A DNA stretch of 64,000 nt from Clostridiales bacterium (GTDB taxonomy: Bacteria; Bacillota; Clostridia; Christensenellales; Aristaeellaceae), in NCBI GenBank assembly GCA_015056245.1, contig SVGQ01000003.1, positions 2,689 to 66,688 on the forward strand. Direction: 5' to 3'. The notes under the pieces are model-generated. The model saw only the letters and a list, made by a program, of their open reading frames with translations, was not told where the DNA came from and did no database searches. Of this stretch, positions 9,382 through 18,900 are shown one piece after another. The position numbers were made by a program, and so were the translations under genes. Each line of letters begins with the position of its first letter. Position 1 is the stretch's first letter.

Positions 9382-9945
9382 TCAAATGTTTACGGAAGCC
9401 ATTCGGTACAAATCCACTTCCGAAAACATAAGGACAGCAACATCATTATCTTGAAGCTGATTAACAATTTTGACAATAATATTATGATTTCTGAACTCAT
9501 CCATTTCGGTATTTTCGTCAAATTGAGTGTAATACAGTCCGAATGTTATGTAGTTGTTTGGCGCACAATTTGACGAAAGGAAGCGAGGCTCCACATTTTC
9601 AGTTGCATGACCATCATATCCATACTCTGTATAGCCTTTTGGTCTTGAATGAATGTTCTGGATGATTTTTTGGTATATCTTAATCGACTGATCCTTGTTC
9701 CGATTTTGCTCGGCATCCGTCTCGTTAGTAAAATATATCGAGATGTATTCTCTATCGGACAAGGATAGTTGAGTATAATCAATGTGATTCATCAATCGAA
9801 AGTATTTGGAGATTGTCGAACAATACACTTGCGTTTTCAGAAGTGGTTTGATCCTTTTGCTATGTAACACTTCTTCAAATCCTTCTAACTTATAATGCGA
9901 GTACAGGTATTGAAGCAGGGACATTTCAAAATATGGGTTATTCAT
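9382..9945 (-). CDS. Hypothetical protein (187 aa), no recognisable motif
   Basis: An AT-rich ORF with ordinary composition lying 104 nt downstream of the XRE gene on the same strand. The overlapping ORFs 9373..9573 and 9546..9782 are shorter and low-complexity. Confidence 0.65.
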   Translation of the reverse strand: MNNPYFEMSLLQYLYSHYKLEGFEEVLHSKRIKPLLKTQVYCSTISKYFRLMNHIDYTQLSLSDREYISIYFTNETDAEQNRNKDQSIKIYQKIIQNIHSRPKGYTEYGYDGHATENVEPRFLSSNCAPNNYITFGLYYTQFDENTEMDEFRNHNIIVKIVNQLQDNDVAVLMFSEVDLYRMASVNI

Positions 9946-10049
9946 CGCTCAGCTCTCCATGCTTTTATTGTAATCCGTTTTTTGACAATCCAGTATGGAT
10001 GATCTGATGTAATTATTACATGAACCTCGCTTAAAACCAATAGGAACAT

Positions 10050-10352
10050 TTATTTCATTGAGCTAACAAGTTCCATCAGCATTTCCTTTTGTTTGGGTTC
10101 CAAGGCAGCCCAATGGATAAAGAACTGCTGCTGTTCGGGCGTCAACTCAACCATATTCCCCTCAGCAAAGAATTGGGATAGCGTTATTCCGAAGCCATTG
10201 CAAAGAGCGCGCAAGGAAGGAATCGTAGGTTCTGTATTTCGACGCCACATATTCGATATGGTGGTTTGGGCAAGTCCGGAACGCTTGGCAAGCTCATAAA
10301 CCGTCCAACCACGTTCATCCATCAGTTCTTTGATACGCTTCTTTGTATCCAT
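10050..10352 (-). CDS. XRE-family helix-turn-helix regulator (100 aa)
   Basis: GGAGG lies upstream of ATG 10352. The HTH_3 pattern is ERGWTVYELAKRSGLAQTTISNMWRRNTEPTIPSLRALCNGFGITLSQFF. Confidence 0.85.
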   Translation of the reverse strand: MDTKKRIKELMDERGWTVYELAKRSGLAQTTISNMWRRNTEPTIPSLRALCNGFGITLSQFFAEGNMVELTPEQQQFFIHWAALEPKQKEMLMELVSSMK

Positions 10353-10424
10353 TCCAATGCCTCCACACGTTTCGATAGTCATATTTTACGGAACATTTGA
10401 GTAGCACAAAAGAAGTCATAAGGG

Positions 10425-10454
10425 TTGTAATATACATACCATATGGTATATAAT
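10425..10454 (+). promoter_or_regulatory. Candidate promoter with an overlapping 14-nt palindrome in the XRE/resolvase divergent region
   Basis: TTGTAA (10425-10430), an 18-nt spacer and TATAAT (10449-10454). The perfect palindrome ATACCATATGGTAT (10436-10449) overlaps the spacer and -10, and is a plausible XRE operator. Confidence 0.4.
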
Positions 10455-10582
10455 GGGTGAATCATATGAACGGTAACAAAAGGGGACGATTCGATGAAGT
10501 AACATTTGTTGGTGTATCATATGACGATCTGGGCGCTTTCTGTAGAATATAGCGGAAATGATTATTCACAGGAGGCAAAGCG

Positions 10583-11089
10583 ATGACACACACAATGTAT
10601 GGATATGTTCGTGTATCCAGCAAGGAGCAGAATGAAACAAGGCAATTACTTGCAATGGACGAGTTTGGGGTCGATAGGAAAAATGTCTTTCTTGAAAAAC
10701 AGTCAGGTAAGGATTTCAACAGACCAGTCTATAAAGCCCTTTTACATTGCCTGAAAACAAACGATGTGTTGGTTGTGAAAAGCATTGATCGTCTTGGCAG
10801 AAACTATGACGAGATTCTTGAGCAATGGAGATTTATCACCAATATTGTTTTGCAGTTGTTATCATATGTTGCTCAAACAGAAAGAGAGTTAATTAGGCAA
10901 AGACAAGCTGAAGGGATTGCCGCAGCAAAAGCCCGTGGAGTTCACTTTGGTCCAAAGCCAATGACCCCACCTTCGCAATTTCAACAGTATCACATTCTGT
11001 GGCAAGACGGTAAAGTTTCAGCAAGGGAAGCTGCCCGACAACTTCATGTTTCGCATAAGACATTTCTGAAGTGGGTAAAAACAAAATAG
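10583..11089 (+). CDS. Small serine recombinase (resolvase/invertase family), apparently with an internal in-frame deletion (168 aa)
   Basis: GGAGG lies 7 nt upstream of ATG 10583. The catalytic N-terminus is YGYVRVSSKEQ, with SIDRLGRN, the E-helix VAQTERELIRQRQAEGIAAAKARG and a C-terminal HTH. The segment between DRLGR and AQTER is only 23 aa, versus 43 aa in my recalled Tn3 resolvase sequence. Confidence 0.8.
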   Translation: MTHTMYGYVRVSSKEQNETRQLLAMDEFGVDRKNVFLEKQSGKDFNRPVYKALLHCLKTNDVLVVKSIDRLGRNYDEILEQWRFITNIVLQLLSYVAQTERELIRQRQAEGIAAAKARGVHFGPKPMTPPSQFQQYHILWQDGKVSAREAARQLHVSHKTFLKWVKTK

Positions 11090-11322
11090 TGCTGCCTAGT
11101 CTTCTAAACACAGAAACTATTTTGGGAAAAATTGTGGACAATCGCCAACGTCGTGTGGTATTATTAAATTGATGCAAAATATGACAATATTGGACGTTTT
11201 CAGATGCTTTTTTCCGAAATGAAAAGCGGTGGTGGTTTCCTACAATCGGCACCATTTTCATTTGGGACGCTTAGCATCTGTAATACCAGACATTGTTATT
11301 GATGTTTGAAAGGGGTATTCCT

Positions 11323-12045
11323 ATGAGATCATCGGTGCTTGCTTATCGGCTTTTGTCGCTTCTCTTAGTTATGCTGCTGTTGCCAATGAGTGCATTCGCG
11401 TATGTGTACGATGAGAATGTCAGTTACTATGAATCGTTGCCTGCGGTAGAACAATATATGAAAACAATGAAATCACCGACACAAACAATCATTGAGAGCG
11501 ATAATGTGAAAGGTGAAGATCATCGAATCAGTATCTATAAGGGGTGTCACGAAAGACTGCAGGCACTTGGATATTGTTTGTCAGACTATAACAGAAACCG
11601 GTACTATTCTGACGATTATGTAACAGCAGTCTCCATATTTGCTCAACAGATGGGACTTGGTGATTGTTTTGATGGGCAAAAAACGACACCATTCCTTCGG
11701 GCAGTGATTATGGCAGACGGGGTTGCTCAACCCGTCATTGTTGCTCCGATCAACCATCGTCTCTACTATACCAAGAATGAGAAAGTATATTCCTTGAAAG
11801 AACTTGTTCAAGCCAAACCGGCTGAGATGGTCTGCTGGAAAGGAACAGTAGCAGATGTGAAACTGCTTTCTGGAACGAAGGTGCGATATACAGTAAGCTG
11901 TGAGGATGAAACCTTCGTCGTAGAATTTGTTCATCCGACCAGAAGTTCTACTTTCCTGAAAGATGATAATGTCATTGTTTATGGCAGAGTCGTTGCTAAT
12001 GAGGATGTACAGATTTTGGCAGATATGATTGCCTATTCGAAATAA
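11323..12045 (+). CDS. Secreted protein with a possible peptidoglycan-binding-like segment (240 aa)
   Basis: The signal peptide is MRSSVLAYRLLSLLLVMLLLPMSAFA. HERLQALGYCLSDY...AVSIFAQQMGLG resembles a PG_binding_1-type repeat. The C-terminus is beta-rich. It is the first gene of the co-directional cassette. Confidence 0.7.
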   Translation: MRSSVLAYRLLSLLLVMLLLPMSAFAYVYDENVSYYESLPAVEQYMKTMKSPTQTIIESDNVKGEDHRISIYKGCHERLQALGYCLSDYNRNRYYSDDYVTAVSIFAQQMGLGDCFDGQKTTPFLRAVIMADGVAQPVIVAPINHRLYYTKNEKVYSLKELVQAKPAEMVCWKGTVADVKLLSGTKVRYTVSCEDETFVVEFVHPTRSSTFLKDDNVIVYGRVVANEDVQILADMIAYSK

Positions 12046-12081
12046 ACAAGATCAACTAATATATACCGAAAAGAGGGACTG

Positions 12082-13749
12082 ATGATGAAAAAAAGAGCAT
12101 GGTTCAGCGTAATGCTGGTTTGCTTAATCATGTTGATGTGCTCTTGTACGGCTGTACCACCAGATCAGAATCCGAGTGGTAACATCGGAGGCTTGGAAAC
12201 ACCACCCCCTACTGACATTCTTACGGATGAAGCGGAAGAAAACTCTGATTCATCTGCGTTGGTTGATAGCGTCACTCCGGCTCCTTTGGTGCCATTCACA
12301 GGCATTCATCAGGTACAGGTGTTTGTTGACGCAACGATGCCGATGATGGGTTTTGTTGATATGGAGGAGCGTTCCGATTATATCACGCTTATGGAATCCT
12401 GTCGTACTGCAGCTGCACAATGTTTTCCAAATGGGCGAGAATATGCTTATCGCATCGACATTGACCAACCAATAGAAAACGCGGGTCTTGTCAATGGACT
12501 CTCGTTGCAGGAAGCATCTTCTCCCAGCTTCTATCTCTCCTCGGATTTGACACATTATCCAGCAAAGGTATATTCCGCTCCTTCTGACTCGCACCGTTCT
12601 TCTGAACGTTTTAATGAATTCCATTTGAGTTATTACCATGCGTATGGTAAAGCGGAACCGGCAACTGACATTCAAACGCAGAATCCTGTCGCGTGGGCAA
12701 TCAATCAGATGGATCCATCTCTCGATAATATCGCCATTATTTTCAGCGATTTGTCGGAACTTCAGTTTGATTCCTCCAAACTTACCACAGCGATTCAGAC
12801 GCAAGTATTTGGACAGGGAAAGACAATCGGTATTTTGGCTATGCAAAGCAACTTTGCAGGTTTGGTACCCATGAGCAATGGCTGGTTTGTCTGGGGGTCT
12901 GAACCAACGGGTACACTTTGGAAGATGCTCGATTATACGCATTATGAGCTTGGCATCTCCATTGATCCTGAGCTTCGCCAAACAGCGCAGCGCCCGCTTT
13001 ATGTTATCTGTGTGGGCGAATCAGATGCAGTTAATCGCTTTGTAAATACACTGAACAGCCAGATGAATATCCGCTTTACCGATGAAGCAACTCAATTGAA
13101 TTTGCGGGCTTTCGATGTGGATTTCGGCACCAAGAACGTGAATATCGCAGACTCCGTCTCGTTGGCATCCAACACCCAAGAGGGCATGAATTTGGTGGAT
13201 GAGGGAGACCGATTGACAACTGTTACGCTTCAGCGTATGCGTGGTGAATACGATGAAAACGCAAATCCTCGCTACGCTATCTATGAAGTGACTTATCCAG
13301 CTAAACTCACAGATCCCCGCACGAGTTTTGGTTTTAGCCCCAGCGATTTCAACGTACAGGCTGCGATGGTCAAGTATGATAAAGGCAACATTGTTACGCC
13401 TATGGGTACTCCCACAGAAGACCAGTTGAAATGCACTGTAGTCGGTACGGAGCTGATGGGAACGGATGTAAAAGTGAGTATTCGTGTCGATTTCCCGTTC
13501 CAGAAGTTTGATCGTGGTAATTATGATGTAACGATTTCCATGATGCTGAATCCCCCCGGAGATGTTGGCGAACCATTGTGGGTATCGGATTATCATACGG
13601 ATTTCAACAGCCCCGATAGCTTTGACGGCAGTAAAACAGTAGGACTCAATGCTCTTTTCAGTCATATATCTGCTTGCCAGAAGGCTGTCATTTCTAAACA
13701 ATTCACAGCCCTGGGCGAATTCACGTTTAAGCTGAGAGTAAACGACTAA
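12082..13749 (+). CDS. Probable lipoprotein/secreted protein (555 aa); possible degenerate vWA-like core
   Basis: N-terminus MMKKRAWFSVMLVCLIMLMCSCTAVPP, a signal peptide with Cys. The strands VQVFVDATMPMMGF and NIAIIFSDLSEL recall the vWA beta1/beta4 pattern but lack a canonical DxSxS. That call is weak. Confidence 0.7.
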   Translation: MMKKRAWFSVMLVCLIMLMCSCTAVPPDQNPSGNIGGLETPPPTDILTDEAEENSDSSALVDSVTPAPLVPFTGIHQVQVFVDATMPMMGFVDMEERSDYITLMESCRTAAAQCFPNGREYAYRIDIDQPIENAGLVNGLSLQEASSPSFYLSSDLTHYPAKVYSAPSDSHRSSERFNEFHLSYYHAYGKAEPATDIQTQNPVAWAINQMDPSLDNIAIIFSDLSELQFDSSKLTTAIQTQVFGQGKTIGILAMQSNFAGLVPMSNGWFVWGSEPTGTLWKMLDYTHYELGISIDPELRQTAQRPLYVICVGESDAVNRFVNTLNSQMNIRFTDEATQLNLRAFDVDFGTKNVNIADSVSLASNTQEGMNLVDEGDRLTTVTLQRMRGEYDENANPRYAIYEVTYPAKLTDPRTSFGFSPSDFNVQAAMVKYDKGNIVTPMGTPTEDQLKCTVVGTELMGTDVKVSIRVDFPFQKFDRGNYDVTISMMLNPPGDVGEPLWVSDYHTDFNSPDSFDGSKTVGLNALFSHISACQKAVISKQFTALGEFTFKLRVND

Positions 13750-13765
13750 TGCAGGAGGAAACAAC

Positions 13766-14323
13766 ATGAATAAGGCATCTGTTATTCGTTGGGTATGGAT
13801 TGCTGCAATCTACGCAATTCTTGGAGGTATCATTTTTGCTGTAATGGGACTGTGGTTTGAGGCTATCTACATCACGCCTCCCGGTTACAGCACTGATGCT
13901 TGGCAGACCAATTTGAATATTACGTTCATGAATACATTGCTGTGCTCCTTGGGGTTGCTGCTTCTCTGGAACATCCTCTACAGCATGCCCCTTTTGGGCG
14001 GCCGCTATAAAGGTGCAAGTGTTTATGTGCTTCTGATTCTCTGGCTCCTGCTGCATATTGTTGCCAGCCTTGGTATGCTTCTGCTGACGGTACTCCCGAT
14101 TCTTGTTGCCAATCGTGCTCCCTTCTGGCTGTTCTTCCGTCTGTTGAAAGAGTGGGCCATCGCATATGGCGGCGACTTCCTGTTCCTGCATCTGTTGCCC
14201 TCTTTGTTAATCATTCCTTATTTCCTCAGCCTGACGTTGTTTAGCCCGGAAATCATCGCACCAAAATTTGCTATGTTTAATAAGTTGCGTCAGCACATTG
14301 GTTTGAAATACAGCAAGAATTGA
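13766..14323 (+). CDS. Polytopic integral membrane protein (185 aa)
   Basis: AGGAGG lies upstream of ATG 13766. There are about five hydrophobic helices and no recognised family. Confidence 0.75.
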   Translation: MNKASVIRWVWIAAIYAILGGIIFAVMGLWFEAIYITPPGYSTDAWQTNLNITFMNTLLCSLGLLLLWNILYSMPLLGGRYKGASVYVLLILWLLLHIVASLGMLLLTVLPILVANRAPFWLFFRLLKEWAIAYGGDFLFLHLLPSLLIIPYFLSLTLFSPEIIAPKFAMFNKLRQHIGLKYSKN

Positions 14324-14347
14324 TTGAATTTGTAGGGGGTTAACAAC

Positions 14348-15910
14348 ATGGCACATTTGTTTGCTTTTTTCTGTGGTGGCAGTGGCGCACGCGTTGCGGA
14401 AACATATGCCTTCTGCGCAGCAATGGGTTTGATGAGACATGATATTCCCACCCACATTTGTCTTTGTGATGCAGATCATCAGAATGGTAATGAGGCTACC
14501 GCCTTTGGCACAATTAAGAATTATGCAACTGTGCGTAATGAGATGTATCGAGATGGTCATACTCCTGCAGGAGCGGGGGATTTCTTTGGCACACCTCTCA
14601 CTGTTGGCCAATGGGCTTTGGATGGTCGTAAGGGCACATATGCTGGTCAGGCACAGTATACGCTGGATCAGTTGGGCAGCGCTGGCGATGCCGGCGTTGT
14701 AGCCAGTGCGCTTTTTACTGAAAAAGAAAGAACTCGGGACATCAAAAACTTGGGTTTCTTTGCCCACCCCAATGTGGGTAATGCCATTGTTCAGGCAGCC
14801 ATTTTATATGAGCAGGATGTGGCATCGAATCAAAACATCACCACAGAATATAAAAGAACAAAGCAATTAATTATTCAGCAACTGAATGCTGGTGACAGAG
14901 TTTACGTAGTGTTTGTTGGTTCTTTATTCGGCGGAACAGGAGCCGCTTGTATGCCGACAATTGCACAGGATTTGCGTACATCCATTCAGGACTATTGCGC
15001 ACAAAAGGGTATGCTGCAATTTGATCAAATTTTCCATATGAGTGCAGTTATGTTGCTCCCTTATTTTACTATTCCGCCCAAAGAAGATGGTGAAGAATTG
15101 GTTGATGGTGGTGTGTTTGATTCCAGCACAAAGATTGCGATGGATCACTATTTCCGCAAACACCCAAATCTTTTTGAGACGATCTACCCTATCGGCCTTC
15201 CAACGAGCTACGTCCAGCCTGGTAAAGCTGAGTATGGTGGTGAAAAGCAAAAGAATCCGTCCTCGCTGGTTGAATGGGTAGCGGCTATGGCTATCCGCGA
15301 CTTTATTATGACGCATGATGTGAGTGCTGCCATGCCCGTCCACAGTGAGCTTTGCTGTGCTTCCTTGGATGTGGATGGTGAAAACAACTATGTGCTTCGC
15401 AACAGTAGTTTTATGAGCCCTTCATTTGGTGATGCTTTCAATCGTTGGAATGAATTTGCAGCATTCTATGCGCTTTACCTGTATCCAAATATTAAGCTGG
15501 GTAATGCAAGAAAAAAGGCACCCACCAATTGGTATCGTAACTATATTATCATGGCAGCAGACAATCCAGCGATTGATCAGATGTTTACATTTGTCAAAAC
15601 ATACTATACCAGCATTGAAAATCTCCTTGGTTTAAGATTGAACGACGGTGCACAGCCCGTAAATGAGTTTGTGAATTCCGATTGTCTGGTAAAAATCAGC
15701 AGCATTCTGGAGCATCTTGGGACTGTTGAGCGTATGAGTGATCGTGATGTTCGAAATGCCTATAACGCATTAAAGCATGGGTTTGATATTCCAATAGATC
15801 GAGTGCAGCGAAATACCGTGCCTCGTGATCTGGAAAAGGCGGCTACTACGGAAAACCAAACGGCAGGTGGTCTTGGTCAGCTGCTTCAGTTCGTTGCCAA
15901 AGCGCTTTGA
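14348..15910 (+). CDS. Tubulin/FtsZ-like GTPase-fold protein (520 aa), divergent
   Basis: FFCGGSGARV (aa 7-16) is T1-like, LGFFAHPNVGNA (aa 135-146) is T3-like, and VYVVFVGSLFGGTGAAC (aa 185-201) matches the tubulin signature pattern GGGTGxG. There is no P-loop and no signal peptide. Confidence 0.75.
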   Translation: MAHLFAFFCGGSGARVAETYAFCAAMGLMRHDIPTHICLCDADHQNGNEATAFGTIKNYATVRNEMYRDGHTPAGAGDFFGTPLTVGQWALDGRKGTYAGQAQYTLDQLGSAGDAGVVASALFTEKERTRDIKNLGFFAHPNVGNAIVQAAILYEQDVASNQNITTEYKRTKQLIIQQLNAGDRVYVVFVGSLFGGTGAACMPTIAQDLRTSIQDYCAQKGMLQFDQIFHMSAVMLLPYFTIPPKEDGEELVDGGVFDSSTKIAMDHYFRKHPNLFETIYPIGLPTSYVQPGKAEYGGEKQKNPSSLVEWVAAMAIRDFIMTHDVSAAMPVHSELCCASLDVDGENNYVLRNSSFMSPSFGDAFNRWNEFAAFYALYLYPNIKLGNARKKAPTNWYRNYIIMAADNPAIDQMFTFVKTYYTSIENLLGLRLNDGAQPVNEFVNSDCLVKISSILEHLGTVERMSDRDVRNAYNALKHGFDIPIDRVQRNTVPRDLEKAATTENQTAGGLGQLLQFVAKAL

Positions 15911-15934
15911 CCTATGAACAAGGAGTGAAATCAG

Positions 15935-18900
15935 ATGGCTAAGAAAAAAGATACACAGTCTCAGTATATAACAAAATCTATGCTTCCCGAGACGAATGGT
16001 TTTATCACCTGGCCTGCAAACGTCACGAACAATACGTTCAATCATTTGGGAAATACCCATACGTTGGATACCTTGCGCAAAACTCTGCCCGGCAAGATCA
16101 CCAACGAAGCAATTATTCCCAATATGTTGATGCCTGCATATCGCTTGGAAAGCCGCATGCGCTGTAACGATCAGGCAGAAGCCCAGAGCGCTCTGCAGGA
16201 TGAACGTGTCAAAGAATGGTTGCGTGTGCTTTGCGCTGTGCTTTTCAATGATGATGATCACATGCAATGCCATGAGTTGAATCTGAAAAATGTGTTGCAT
16301 GATTCGGCTTATCCAATGATTATTCGTGTGCTTGCAAAGACGCTGATTGAAACTGGCAACAGTAATCCCACATTCAAACTTTTCAAGCAGCGTACGGGTC
16401 CCGGCCCCGATGACTTTAAGCCTGTTGCCTTTACCTATTCAGGGCTGAGAATCGGTGTGTGTCCAGTGGTGGAACTGAATCCAGACGACTTCAGCGGCGT
16501 TCAGAACGATCCGCAGGGCTGGTTAAGCTGCGACGATCCGATTGAATACTTGAAAAGACCTCAAAACGCTGCTTGTCGTGCAAGAATTGATGACTATCTG
16601 ACATATACGAATATTGGTAATGGCACACACTCCTATGAGGTATTCGAGGAAGAATACCGTATCATCTGTGATGAAATCCGTAGTCAGCTTGCGCCAGCAG
16701 ATGGTACAAAGGCAGCTTTCTTTCCGCTGCGTATCAAAGACTCTGTCAAAGGGAAGCCTCCAATCAGCTATATTCATTGGTTCACAGATTCTATTCTTTG
16801 CGTAAGCTGTGATCAAACCGGTGAAGGCGTTTTGTCCGTGCCGGACAAAGACTTCAAATGTGTACTGCCTATCAAGAGTCTTTGTATAGGCGAAGGTGGC
16901 AATATCAATGAGGTTTGTAATTCCGCATCGGTCAATGTAATGGGCGACGACCTCATTGTCAGCTTTACATATAATAATTCGTTCAATCAGCGTCGCTACA
17001 CTCCGGACAAGCAGATTTCTTGCATTGGCGATGAAAACCCGCTGGGCAGCGTTATGCTGTGGCCAAATAAGACCTGTTCGGAATGGGACCGCTATTTCTC
17101 TTATTTGAGCAACAACTGTCTTGGACGTCCTGAAATGGACTTGGATCCGTTTTCGATGGAAGTCTATGACGGAACGATCTGGCATACTCAAACGACAGGT
17201 TTCCGCAGAATGCAGCGAGAAGAAAACAACATTACACAAAACTTCGTTTTTGACTATGTCATTGAGACGAATGTTTTTCCTTCTGCTATCAGCTTGAAGA
17301 GGAGGAATGAAGAACTTGGTATGTTGGTACCCACTGTGTCTGCATTACCTCCCGTTCCCGATGGCGCAAAAGGCCAATTGGGCGTGGACTTTGGTACAAC
17401 AAACACGATTGCTTATTTCCACTCTGATAAAGTTGATCCCGAAGTTGTTGCAATAAGTGACAGCCGTAAAGTGCTTCTGCAAGATCGCTCGAAAGTCAGC
17501 GATAGCAACACGTTGCTCTCCTTCTTGTTTGCCCCTGATACGCATACTGGAAGCAATATCCCATTTAAAACCGCCGTACAGGTTTTCCCCGCTCCGCAAG
17601 CTAAGGCTTTCTTGAATGCTATTGCGCCGTTGCAGTATCGTGTGGACTTAAACGAGAATATGCGGGAGCTCTTGAGTCTGGATGACGATCTAAAGTGGCC
17701 GGATGACATGGCTGCTGCAACTAATCCGACCAATTCCGTTGCATTTTTGGAGTATGTAATGCTTCTTTGGCTGTGGGAAGTCAGAAAGAAGTATAATGTG
17801 TTGCCTAATCGGTATGTATATACTTATCCGGGCGCTATGGATGTTGGGTTTATTCAGAATCTGACAAACAGCGTACTGCAGCGCATGCCTGCGCGTTATG
17901 CTGCTGGCGGTTATTCGGTAGATTATGCTACTGAGGCTTCTGTTGTCATCAATTTCCTTGAAGATAATAGCGTGCTGGGGAAATACGCCAGTAAAGGATT
18001 GTCTTGGGTTGATAGCGAAGTTGGCTACCTGCTTATGGACATTGGTGGCGGTTCTGTCGATGTTTCCCTTTGGCAGGGATCAAAGCATAATGTAGCCCTG
18101 TGTACAGAACTATCACTTAGCGCTTTTGCTGGTAACCGAATTCAATTGGAACAGGTATACCCCGCCGGTGCCAATAGGCCACAATTGAATCTGCTGGCAG
18201 AAATAATGGGTTATTCCAAGGATCAACTTGAAAACAGCAAGAACATCAGTGACGCTGTTGCATTCTATCAATTTGCCAAGGGCGATGCCGTTCATTTGAA
18301 TGCTTTCCGCCAGCAGTGGACGGCTCACATTGATACCGTACGGCAGGGAATGGAAAATCGGGCTTACGATAGTAAGGCACCTATGCGCGGCAAGTATCGT
18401 AAGACGCTGGAGATGTACTTCCACTTTATGTTCTTCTTGAATGGGTATGTATATGGACAGGCCCTGCAAGATGGACGTTTGAAGTTGGTACCTGGTACAT
18501 TTGCCATCATGATGGGTGGTAATGGCTCCAGAATGTATGATCTGTGCGGCAGTAATTCAGCGGATTCCGAGCTGTTTGACAAGGCCAACATCCAAATGTT
18601 TGCACATGGTATGAGATATGCGGGTTATGAAGGAACACTTGCAGGAGTAGAGGTGGCTGTTGTTCCCTCTATTATGCACAAGCATGAGGTAGCTTATGGT
18701 GCCTCGAAATTTGTGCAGCCGCCGGTAAAGGCACTCCCGGTTGGGAAAGCATTTTCGCTTACTTCATTCAGCGATGAACCAGTTGCAACAAGCGCAACTC
18801 CTGCTTGGCTGAATGTCGAAGAAGCGGCAATAATCCGGCCGAAGGCAAAAGAGTTTTTCCTTCATTACCTGGACGGATTGAACAAAGTGAGAGAAAACGG

